A stretch of DNA of 64,000 bases from an uncultured Chitinophagaceae bacterium. Its GTDB lineage: Bacteria > Bacteroidota > Bacteroidia > Chitinophagales > Chitinophagaceae. Shown here piece by piece: positions 1-9,200 of this stretch. Both the position numbers and the translations under genes were made by a program. Below the pieces are notes generated by a model that was not told the origin of the DNA, ran no database searches, and worked only from the letters and a program-made list of their open reading frames with translations. Where the stretch lies: positions 4,039,227 to 4,103,226 of the forward strand of contig OY970254.1 in NCBI GenBank assembly GCA_963715585.1, given 5' to 3'. How positions within the stretch are numbered: position 1 is the stretch's first letter; every line of letters begins with the position of its first letter.

Positions 1-19
1 TAAAAATAAAGCTACAAAA

Positions 20-35
20 ACTAATAAGCATTAGT
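20..35. promoter_or_regulatory. 16-bp imperfect palindrome ACTAATAAGCATTAGT, candidate TetR operator
   Basis: Arms ACTAAT/ATTAGT are reverse complements. 12/16 identical to a second palindrome at 2122-2137. Overlaps the -7 box at 32-39. Confidence 0.45.
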
Positions 36-39
36 TTTG
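32..39 (+). promoter_or_regulatory. Bacteroidota-type -7 promoter box (TAnnTTTG)
   Basis: TAGTTTTG lies 13 nt upstream of the ATG at 53. Confidence 0.45.
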
Positions 40-52
40 TAAAAAAATACCA

Positions 53-643
53 ATGGCCAAAATAAAGCCGGGTAAAAATGCCAGCAAAAGGGATGTAATT
101 ACACAAAAAGCGGCTGCTTTGTTTAAAATAAAAGGATTTTCATCAGCTTCTATGAGGGAACTGGCCGAAGCTGTTGGCGTGGAAGCCCCCAGCCTGTACA
201 ATCATATTGGCAGCAAAGGTGAATTACTGCAGGGTATTTGTTTTAAAGTTGCCAACGCCTTTATTTCATACCTGGATACGGCTGAAAATACCCCGGCTAA
301 TCATGCAACCCGGCTTGAACAGATCATCCGGTTTCATATACGTATGATGCTGGAACATTTTGATGAAGTATACGTAGCCAATCACGAATGGAAACATTTA
401 AAAGAGCCTTACCTGAGCAATTTCCTCATTCAGAGAAGGGGTTACGAAAAACGCCTCATCAGTTTATTGGAGAATGGCATTGCGGCAAAAGAGTTTAAGC
501 AAACCAACCCATATGTTGCTGTGCTTACCATTTTGTCGGCAGTAAGGGGACTGGAGTTTTGGCAGCAGCACAAAAAAAATATCAGCAGCAAGGTGCTGGA
601 AGACGATATGGTAAATCATTTATTAAAAGGAATCACTAAATAA
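53..643 (+). CDS. TetR/AcrR-family transcriptional regulator
   Basis: 196-aa ORF. The N-terminal HTH region (KAAALFKIKGFSSASMRELAEAVGVEAPSLYNHIGSKGELL) is typical of TetR_N. Sits directly upstream of paaE. Confidence 0.85.
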   Translation: MAKIKPGKNASKRDVITQKAAALFKIKGFSSASMRELAEAVGVEAPSLYNHIGSKGELLQGICFKVANAFISYLDTAENTPANHATRLEQIIRFHIRMMLEHFDEVYVANHEWKHLKEPYLSNFLIQRRGYEKRLISLLENGIAAKEFKQTNPYVAVLTILSAVRGLEFWQQHKKNISSKVLEDDMVNHLLKGITK

Positions 644-649
644 TTTTTT

Positions 650-1729
650 ATGGCCGTTCATTTTCATAAGCTAAAAGTAAAAGAAGTAAAAACAGAAACA
701 CCCGATTGTGTTTCCATTGCTTTTGTTGTGCCCCGGGATTTACATTCTGAATTTTTATTTGAGCAAGGCCAGAATATTACCATCAAAAAAGAAATTGATG
801 GCGAAGAGATCAGGAGGTCTTATTCAATTTGCTCGGCTCCATTTGAAAATGAATTAAGGGTGGCTGTAAAAAAGGTAGATGGTGGAAAGTTCTCGGGCTT
901 TGCCAATACAATTTTAAAAGCGGGTGATGAACTGGATGTATTGCCTCCCACCGGAAAATTCAACACAAAACTCGAAACTAAAAACTCAAAACAATATTTG
1001 GCTTTTGCTGCCGGAAGCGGCATTACACCGGTAATTTCAATTATAAAAACAACTTTACAAACTGAGCCTGCCAGCCAATTCACGCTTGTTTTTGGCAACC
1101 GCGGCCGCCACTCTATTATTTTTTTTGAAGAACTGGAAGCACTAAAGAACAGGCACCTCAACTGTTTTAATTTTATCAATATACTCAGCCGTGAAAAAAC
1201 GGATGCTCCCATAAATTTTGGTAGAATTGATACAGATAAATTATCCGAACTTAATAAACTGATTGATTATAAAAATACTGACGAGTTTTTTATTTGCGGG
1301 CCCGAAGAAATGATTTTTTGTGTAAAGGATTTTTTAGAAGCCAGTGGTATAGAGCAAAAGAAAATTCATTTTGAATTATTTACAACTCCCGGTCAGAAAC
1401 AGTCGTCTGCTGTCAGTCGTCTTTCTTCATCGCAGAATAAAGGGCCTACAAGTAAAATAACGGTAAAACTCGATGGCCGGAGTTTTGATTTTGACCTGGG
1501 TTTCAACAGTGAGAATATTCTCGATGCTGCCTTAAAGCAAGGTGCTGATTTACCCTTTGCCTGTAAAGGTGGTGTGTGTTGTACCTGCAAGGCAAAACTG
1601 CTTGAGGGAGAAGTGGAGATGGATGTAAACTGGGGCCTGGAACAGGAAGAAGTTGAACAGGGTTATATTCTTACCTGCCAAAGCCACCCAACAACTGAAA
1701 AAGTAGTGGTGGATTTTGATATCAAGTAA
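650..1729 (+). CDS. paaE: Phenylacetyl-CoA epoxidase reductase subunit (FNR-like FAD/NAD domain plus C-terminal plant-type 2Fe-2S ferredoxin)
   Basis: 359 aa. RSYSICS flavin motif, GSGITP NAD motif, C-terminal CKGGVCCTC...C cluster motif. Lies in a paa context. Confidence 0.85.
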   Translation: MAVHFHKLKVKEVKTETPDCVSIAFVVPRDLHSEFLFEQGQNITIKKEIDGEEIRRSYSICSAPFENELRVAVKKVDGGKFSGFANTILKAGDELDVLPPTGKFNTKLETKNSKQYLAFAAGSGITPVISIIKTTLQTEPASQFTLVFGNRGRHSIIFFEELEALKNRHLNCFNFINILSREKTDAPINFGRIDTDKLSELNKLIDYKNTDEFFICGPEEMIFCVKDFLEASGIEQKKIHFELFTTPGQKQSSAVSRLSSSQNKGPTSKITVKLDGRSFDFDLGFNSENILDAALKQGADLPFACKGGVCCTCKAKLLEGEVEMDVNWGLEQEEVEQGYILTCQSHPTTEKVVVDFDIK

Positions 1730-2121
1730 TTTATTTTTTACGCCGCATTTTTTTACGCATGCATAAGCCGCAATTATACCTGGTATGGAAAAAATAATTG
1801 CAGTTCCTGTTTTACCAAACGTTTGCAACAGCCGGTTTAAATTCTGTACTCTTGATGAATCTGAATTGGAATAAATAATATGCGCTACAAAATACACATA
1901 GCATGCAGCAGCAATACAAACCAGGCCACAGAAGAGTATAAAAATGGCTGCCGTACAAAACGCATTGTAACCCTGCTCACCATACACAAACAAATTGCCC
2001 ATATTTACCAAAAATTACAGGTAAACAGCAAGGCGCAAATAATAAGCATGGCCCATAAAAACAAATGGATTTAAACAGCCTGGTGTGCCGAATTGCAACC
2101 TTTAATTTTATCCTCATCTGT

Positions 2122-2137
2122 ACTAACAACTGTTAGT
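2122..2137. promoter_or_regulatory. 16-bp imperfect palindrome ACTAACAACTGTTAGT, second candidate TetR operator upstream of paaA
   Basis: Arms ACTAACA/TGTTAGT are reverse complements. The right arm runs into TAGTTTTT (a -7-like box). 35 nt upstream of the paaA ATG. Confidence 0.4.
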
Positions 2138-2171
2138 TTTTTTATTACCTTTACGTGCTAAAAGACTTACT

Positions 2172-3116
2172 ATGCCTGAAATGGATATGGAAAAGATTTT
2201 CCAGGATAAGATAGATAACGAAATAAAAATTGAGCCAAAGGACTGGATGCCTGAAGCTTATCGCAAAACAAATATCCGCCAGATAAGCCAGCATGCACAT
2301 AGCGAAGTTGTGGGCATGTTGCCTGAAGGAAACTGGATAAGCAGGGCTCCTTCTTTAAAACGAAAAGCTATTTTAATTGCTAAAGTGCAGGATGAAGCAG
2401 GCCATGGTTTGTATCTATACTCATCTGCCGAAACCCTTGGCAGCTCCCGTGATGAAATGATTGCCGACCTGCTCAGTGGTAAAGCAAAATATTCTTCCAT
2501 CTTTAATTACCCAACATTAACCTGGGCCGATATGGGTGCCGTAGGCTGGCTGGTAGATGGTGCTGCTATTTTAAACCAGGTAATGCTTTGTCGCACATCT
2601 TACGGGCCGTATGCAAGAGCCATGGTACGCATTTGTAAAGAAGAAAGTTTTCACCAGCGCCAGGGATTTGAAAGTCTGCTTGTTTTAAGCAGGGGCACTG
2701 CCGAACAAAAAGCCATGTGCCAGGATGCCATAAACCGCTGGTGGTGGCCAAGCCTGATGATGTTTGGACCAAAAGACAGCGAAAGCACCAACAGCGACCA
2801 GAGCATGAAGTGGAAGATAAAAAGAAAAACCAACGACGAACTACGCCAGCAATTTATAGATATGATTGCCGAACAAATAAAAGTGTTGGGCATGACATTG
2901 CCCGATGATCAATTAAAATGGAACGAAGAAAGAAAGCATTACGATTTTGGCGAAATTAACTGGGATGAATTCTGGAATGTGGTAAAAGGAAATGGCCCAT
3001 GCAATAAACAGCGTCTGGCAGCAAGAAATAAAGCACACGATGAAGGTGCCTGGGTAAGGGAAGCTGCAATAGCTTATGCAGAAAAAAAGAAGCAACTTAA
3101 AACCCAGGCTGCATAA
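2172..3116 (+). CDS. paaA: 1,2-phenylacetyl-CoA epoxidase catalytic subunit A (di-iron)
   Basis: 314 aa. Ferritin-like di-iron motifs ([20 protein letters not shown]). Confidence 0.9.
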   Translation: MPEMDMEKIFQDKIDNEIKIEPKDWMPEAYRKTNIRQISQHAHSEVVGMLPEGNWISRAPSLKRKAILIAKVQDEAGHGLYLYSSAETLGSSRDEMIADLLSGKAKYSSIFNYPTLTWADMGAVGWLVDGAAILNQVMLCRTSYGPYARAMVRICKEESFHQRQGFESLLVLSRGTAEQKAMCQDAINRWWWPSLMMFGPKDSESTNSDQSMKWKIKRKTNDELRQQFIDMIAEQIKVLGMTLPDDQLKWNEERKHYDFGEINWDEFWNVVKGNGPCNKQRLAARNKAHDEGAWVREAAIAYAEKKKQLKTQAA

Positions 3117-3523
3117 TGAATAGATTATTTTTTAGCGCATTGGTAAGTATTGGTATTATAAGCTGTAACAATTACAGTAATGATGGTGATGACAAAAAAG
3201 TATCACTCAGAGCAGATACAATAAATGTTGTTAAGCTTACGGATACATTGATAATTTACCAAAGCACCTGTCGTGGATGCGAATTTGAAAAGTCTGTCAA
3301 TTTTGCGATAAGTGATAGTTTGAATATTCTAAAACTGGTTGATGTAATTACTACAGATAACAATCCTGCCGACATGGATGGAGGAAACATAAGTAAAGAT
3401 TTGATATTGGTACCGGTTAAAACAGGTACAACAATTTTTAAATTGTATAAATTCTGGAAACAGGAAAAAACGGCAGCCGATTCAGCGGGATTCACTTCTT
3501 ATAAAATAGAAGTAAAACAATAA
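3116..3523 (+). CDS. Hypothetical lipoprotein embedded between paaA and paaB
   Basis: 135 aa. Lipobox-like N-terminus (SIGIISC). Its ATG overlaps the paaA stop (TAATG). Confidence 0.55.
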   Translation: MNRLFFSALVSIGIISCNNYSNDGDDKKVSLRADTINVVKLTDTLIIYQSTCRGCEFEKSVNFAISDSLNILKLVDVITTDNNPADMDGGNISKDLILVPVKTGTTIFKLYKFWKQEKTAADSAGFTSYKIEVKQ

Positions 3524-3550
3524 ATTTTAATTCACTTAATAAACTGAATT

Positions 3551-3922
3551 ATGAACAACAATTTTTTTAGGAAATTTTATTACGGCGATATTCCCGAAGA
3601 AAGTGGAAGTGGTAATATGGAAGTTGCCAAAGCCGGCAATGCACATGCATGGCCACTTTGGGAAGTTTTTGTCCGCAGCAAGCAGGGCCTCGATCATAAA
3701 CATGTGGGCAGCCTGCACGCAGCAGATGCAACCATGGCTATTGAAAACGCCCGGGATGTTTATACCCGCAGGCAGGAAGGCGTAAGCATTTGGGTTGTAG
3801 AAAGTAAATTCATTACCGCATCAAATCCTGATGAAGCAGGTGAATTGTACGAACCCGCTGCTGATAAAATTTATCGCCATCCTACTTTTTATGAATTACC
3901 TGATGAGGTAGGACATATGTAA
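3551..3922 (+). CDS. paaB: 1,2-phenylacetyl-CoA epoxidase subunit B
   Basis: WPLWEVFVRSKQGLDHKHVGSLHAADA...ARDVYTRR is the PaaB signature. The true start may be the internal ATG at 3617. Confidence 0.85.
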   Translation: MNNNFFRKFYYGDIPEESGSGNMEVAKAGNAHAWPLWEVFVRSKQGLDHKHVGSLHAADATMAIENARDVYTRRQEGVSIWVVESKFITASNPDEAGELYEPAADKIYRHPTFYELPDEVGHM

Positions 3923-3955
3923 CCGCTGATTATTTGATTAAAAAAGATTTCGCAG

Positions 3956-4693
3956 ATGAACAGTTCTCTGATTGATTACACTTTACACCTTGCCGACACG
4001 AATTTAATTCTTGCCCAAAGAAATGCAGAATGGTGTGGCCACGGGCCCATACTGGAACAGGATATTGCCATCACAAATATTTCGCTGGATTTACTTGGGC
4101 AGTCAAGAAATTTTTACCAATATGCTGCAACTTTAATTGGCAATGATGCGACTGAAGACTCATTAGCATACCTGAGAATTGAAAGGGAATTTAAAAACTG
4201 TTTATTGGCAGAGCAGCCAAATGGCGATTGGGCACAAACAGTGTTGCGCCAGTTTTTTTTCAGCGCTTACCTTTTTCTGCTTTACGAAAAATTACAAAAC
4301 AGCAATGATGAACAAATTGCTGCTATTGCTGCCAAAGCATTAAAGGAAGTTACTTATCACCAACGCTGGGGCAGCGAATGGGTTGTAAGACTCGGTGATG
4401 GTACAGAAGAAAGCCATCAACGCATGTTAAAAGCTATTGATGAACTGTGGAGATATACCGGTGAATTATTTATTGCTGCAGATTATGAAGCTGCAGCCGG
4501 CTTTGATATTGCTTTATTAAAAGACGACTGGATGAAAAAAGTAACCGCTGTTTTTGAAGAAGCAACCTTACCCATTCCTGAAAAAGTGTTTATGCAAACC
4601 GGTGGTAAAACCGGAACTCACACAGAACATCTTGGTTATATACTTACCGAGCTTCAGTACTTACAAAGAACATATCCCAATGCTGAATGGTAA
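3956..4693 (+). CDS. paaC: 1,2-phenylacetyl-CoA epoxidase structural subunit C
   Basis: 245-aa ferritin-like protein between paaB and paaD. The N-terminus (LADTNLILAQRNAEWCGHGPILEQDIA) is PaaC-like. Confidence 0.85.
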   Translation: MNSSLIDYTLHLADTNLILAQRNAEWCGHGPILEQDIAITNISLDLLGQSRNFYQYAATLIGNDATEDSLAYLRIEREFKNCLLAEQPNGDWAQTVLRQFFFSAYLFLLYEKLQNSNDEQIAAIAAKALKEVTYHQRWGSEWVVRLGDGTEESHQRMLKAIDELWRYTGELFIAADYEAAAGFDIALLKDDWMKKVTAVFEEATLPIPEKVFMQTGGKTGTHTEHLGYILTELQYLQRTYPNAEW

Positions 4694-5169
4694 CAGCAGC
4701 TAACATACAAACAAAAGAAATTTGGAAAATTTTAGAGCAGGTTACTGATCCTGAAGTTCCTGTGTTAACCATCACCGATTTAGGCATTGTAAGAGATGTA
4801 AAATTAAACAGCGCTGAGGTTGAAGTCGTCATCACCCCCACATACACCGGTTGCCCCGCTATGGACATGATAGCCATGAACATAAAACTGGCGCTGATTG
4901 AAAACGGTTATCAAAAAATAAAGATCACGTCAGTTTTAGCTCCCGCCTGGACAACAGACTGGATGAGTGAAGCCGGTAAAAGAAAATTAAAGGAATACGG
5001 TATTGCAGCTCCTGATAAAAGGTTTACAATCCCTGTTGACGGGGTTGAATGTCCCCTCTGTAATTCCACAAACACCAGGCTCATCAGCGAATTTGGCAGC
5101 ACCGCCTGCAAGGCATTATACCAATGCAACGATTGTAAAGAGCCTTTCGATTTTTTTAAATGCCATTAA
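4687..5169 (+). CDS. paaD: Phenylacetate-CoA oxygenase subunit PaaD (MIP18/DUF59 domain plus C-terminal Cys4 finger)
   Basis: 160 aa. DPEVPVLTITDLGIV motif and C-terminal CPLC...CNDC. Overlaps the paaC stop by 7 nt. Confidence 0.85.
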   Translation: MVTAANIQTKEIWKILEQVTDPEVPVLTITDLGIVRDVKLNSAEVEVVITPTYTGCPAMDMIAMNIKLALIENGYQKIKITSVLAPAWTTDWMSEAGKRKLKEYGIAAPDKRFTIPVDGVECPLCNSTNTRLISEFGSTACKALYQCNDCKEPFDFFKCH

Positions 5170-5175
5170 AATGGT

Positions 5176-5727
5176 TTAATCTTTTTTCAGGCTGAAATAA
5201 TATTTCCCTTTTACTTCTCCCAGGCCTTTTTTATCCCAAACTTTAAACTGAACTTCAAAATTATCTATGCCAGGATCGGCCTGGGTAATAATAGCAGAAA
5301 GGCTTATTACTTTAGTATCCTCGGCATCAAGCCCGGTTACCTCTTGCTCTTTAAAAATATCATCGGCACTTACCACTACCTTGCCGGATGATGTTAAGAT
5401 TTTTTCGCCGGCACCAATAAATGATTTACCGTTTTCCTTTACCCAGCCAGTATCCATTTTAATAACGATGTGAATTTTTTCCCCAACACGGGCTTTATTC
5501 TCAGCCAGTGGTTTATAATCTGCATCTACCAGGTATACCTCCTTCACTTTTACGCCTGTTGCATCTACTTCAATATCGTTTTTAATTATTGCGCCGTTTA
5601 GCGTAGTGTTGTCTTTTGAAGTGACGGTCTTTACTTTTAAATCGGCTTTTTTATCGCCAGCTTTAAATTCGCAGCTGCTTATTAAAATGCAGCAGATAAC
5701 AGCATAAACCAATGTTAGTTTTTTCAT
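5176..5727 (-). CDS. Hypothetical lipoprotein
   Basis: 183 aa. Signal peptide with lipobox (ILISSC). Confidence 0.55.
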   Translation of the reverse strand: MKKLTLVYAVICCILISSCEFKAGDKKADLKVKTVTSKDNTTLNGAIIKNDIEVDATGVKVKEVYLVDADYKPLAENKARVGEKIHIVIKMDTGWVKENGKSFIGAGEKILTSSGKVVVSADDIFKEQEVTGLDAEDTKVISLSAIITQADPGIDNFEVQFKVWDKKGLGEVKGKYYFSLKKD

Positions 5728-5783
5728 TTTTTTTGTTTTAGTTTAAATGAGTAATGGCCCGACAGAAAAGAAAAGTACAACAA

Positions 5784-6173
5784 TTATTTAAATCCCCAAA
5801 CTGCCACTCTTGATCTTCCTTTTCTGAAGCCTTTGGTTTCGTACCAGAATTCAATGCGTTTAATATGACGCAATCCGCCATCCAGATCAATCACCCGGCT
5901 TTCGCCTCCTTGTCTTATCTGAGCACGGATAGAAATATCCTGCACATCTCCATTGTCAAAATATACTTTCATGTCGTACATTTTAAGCGGGCCATCGGTA
6001 ACTCTTATTTTAAGTTTCCTGAAATCATCATTGGTATTGCCTGTAACAATCACATCATGGTCTACACCAAATGCAACTGTTTTATCGCCAATAAAACGCC
6101 AGCCAGCCTGTGCATGTATTACTGTTGAAGCAAAAAGAAAAAACAGAATAAATAAAGCGCTGATCTTTTTCAT
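5784..6173 (-). CDS. Hypothetical secreted protein
   Basis: 129 aa. Cleavable signal peptide ending VIHAQA. Confidence 0.55.
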   Translation of the reverse strand: MKKISALFILFFLFASTVIHAQAGWRFIGDKTVAFGVDHDVIVTGNTNDDFRKLKIRVTDGPLKMYDMKVYFDNGDVQDISIRAQIRQGGESRVIDLDGGLRHIKRIEFWYETKGFRKGRSRVAVWGFK

Positions 6174-6239
6174 GTTTAAAATATTTAATTGTAAAAGTTA
6201 AAAATATTTATTGGTATATACTAACCTATGCAGGTAATT

Positions 6240-9200
6240 TTATTGTATCCTGAACCAGTTGGTACCATTGCTCTGCAGTGTTATAGCACTATTGGCTGCT
6301 ACTGTGGTGGATGTACCGGAAAAATCCAGGTAAGAACTAAGAGTCTGTACAGAGCCGCTCCTGTTTACAATTACATATTCCCGCCTGCCGGTACCGGCTG
6401 CTGTGGGTAATGTAATGGTGATGGCTCCGGCTGCCGTACCTATAATTAAAGTATGGTCATCTACATCCAAAGTTGCTGAAACAGTAGTACTCCTTATTGC
6501 ATTACCAAAACTACCCGTAACATCCAGCCGGCTGTTAGGAGCACCACCGGGATTGATACCAACATAACCAGCCGTATCTACCCGTAACACAACATTGGTT
6601 GCCGATAAGGAATCGCCATAAGCTATTACAAAGTTATCAAAGGTATTCATGCCGGTTATCCAGGCACGGTTGCCGGGCAGCACAAAATTTTTAAAGGCAA
6701 GCATTGCCTGGCCGGCAGCTCCGGATGTATTTTCTATAAGTAAACCACTGCTATAATTATTTGCACTGCCGCTTACCCCATTAACAACATGCAGGCGGGC
6801 CGAAGGCACAGATGAATTGATACCCACATTGCCGGAATTTGCCACATAAAAATCATTTCCATTAACGCCTACATCGCCTGTATTTAAAACAGTAAAAGCA
6901 GTTGGCCTTGTAGGTGTACTGATAATAAAATCGCCGGCACCACTCAGGCTATGTGTTAAATTAAAATTGCCATGCGTGATGGTGGTATTGGCTGTGAGCG
7001 AACCTCCCAATGCCACATTGCTGCCAGTAAGGGTAAGGCCGTTATTAGCCGTAGTGCTTTCGCCACCTGCTGTTGACCAGCTTACAATACCTGCACCGTT
7101 TGTTTGTAAAACCTGGTTAGCACTACCATCAGCAATAGGAAATGAATAAGCATTATTGATGTTTAATGTGCCGTTAACACGCAAGAGGTTGGTTGCAAAA
7201 TCGCCATACAGCAGGGGCGTTGCTGTGTTTGAATTATCAATGTATAATTTATTTGATCCTGTTTCGTTGTAACCTGCATTATATCCAACAAAAACATTAC
7301 CACTGCCGGTATTTAAATACCCAGCCGAATTTCCGACAGCCGTATTGGTGCCGCCGGAAACATTGCTATACATACTTTGGTAACCAATAGCCGTATTACC
7401 TGCACCGGTTGTGTTATTCCATAAAGCCTTACTGCCAATAGCAACCAGGTTTGAAACAGTATTATTATAGCCGGCACTGTCGCCAATAGCTACATTGTAA
7501 CTACCCGATACATTATCAAACAAAGCTGCCTGCCCAATTCCAATATTGGTGCGACCGGTGCTGTTGGTACGCAAAGCATAATATCCCAATCCAATGTTCA
7601 CCAACCCGGTTGTATTTGTTAATAAAGTTTGATGCCCGATAGCGATATTAGCGTTACCGGATGTTTGGCTGAGTGCATCATTGCCAACACCAATATTATA
7701 GGTGCCGCTGTTATTCTGCAAAGTTCCATACCCGATGGCTACATTATAATTAGCAAACGGAGCATTGTTTTGAAGAGCGAGACCGCCTATTGCCGTATTC
7801 TGAAAACCGGATGTACTTTCAGACAAGGCATTATATCCAACTGCAGTATTACTACTTGCTGTGTTTTTATTAAGGGCACTAAATCCCAATGCAGTATTTG
7901 ATCCGCCGCTGATGTTTGAGTAGAGTGCATCATTTCCAAAAGCAGCATTGTTACCACCCGTGGTATTATTGTACAATGCTTTGTTGCCCATGGCAGTATT
8001 ACCGGCTGCTGTGGTATTTTTTCGCAAGCTGCCATTTCCAACTGCTGTATTAAAATCGCCGGTTGTGTTACTGTAAAGAGCCGAATCACCAACAGCTGTA
8101 ATTTCAGTTCCACCGGTATTGGTATATAATGCCTTGCTGCCGATGGCAACCAGGTGCGAAAGACTGGTGCTGTTTGCTGCGGCACTATCACCAACAGCAA
8201 CATTATTATTTCCATTTGCATTTGCGTACAAAGCCCTTGTGCCCAAAGCTGTATTCGTTCTTCCCGATGCGTTGGAGAATAATGCCTTGCTGCCAATGGC
8301 CGTATTGTAACTGGCACCGGTTGCAATGTTAAAAAGAACACTATCACCAACAGCCACTGTGTTATTAACTGTATAGCTTGTTGCAGGCTTGCCCATTGCA
8401 TCTCCGCCTATTGCGGTATTGGAATATCCCTGCATACTGTAAGCAGACCTGAAACCAAGTGAGGTATTATTTTTATTGTTTGTATTGGCAGAAACCTGCG
8501 CAGCATATCCTATAGCCACGTTGTTGATTCCTGTTAAATTATTTGTCAGTGCTCCATCGCCAATGGCAATATTTTTATCGCCGGTAGTGGTTTCTAAAAG
8601 CGCATTTCTGCCAATGGCAATATTCCAGTTTGCTGTATTTGCAGATAAGGAAGAGTCGCCTATGGCTATATTGGCAAAACCGCTTTGGTTATCTTTCAGT
8701 GTATTATATCCAATAGCGGTATTTTGAAACCCCGTGGTATTTTTTACCAGTGCCGAATTGCCCAACGCAATATTTTTATAGCCGGTTGTATTGTTGAATA
8801 AAGCTGAATCGCCCATTGCAGTGAGGTTGGTGCCACTGGTATTTGCATACAATGCTTTACTACCTACGGCAACTAAATGTGAAATGTTGGTACTGTTGTA
8901 AGCAGCGCTGTCTCCAATGGCAACATTATAGCTTCCGGATACATTGCGGGTGAGGCTGAAAAACCCAATACCAATATTGTTATTGCCATCAAGGTTACTG
9001 TAAAGGGATGCAGTGCTTAATGCCACATTTCTGCTACCTGTTGCATTTAGTGTAAGGGAACTTGCACCTAAAGCAAGATTATGAATGCCAGAAATGTTAG
9101 AACCCAATGCTGCACCTCCAAAAGCAGAATTTGAATGACCACTGATATTCCCCCATAAAGCAGATTCCCCAACTGCGGTATTGCCATAACCCACTGTATT

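Noticed and set aside
1550-2011. 153-aa minus-strand ORF with hydrophobic segments in the 440-bp gap between paaE and paaA
   Set aside because: Its last ~60 codons are antisense to the paaE 3' end (180-bp convergent overlap). It has no recognisable motif, and its start context is weak. A shorter real membrane peptide cannot be excluded, but I cannot support it.
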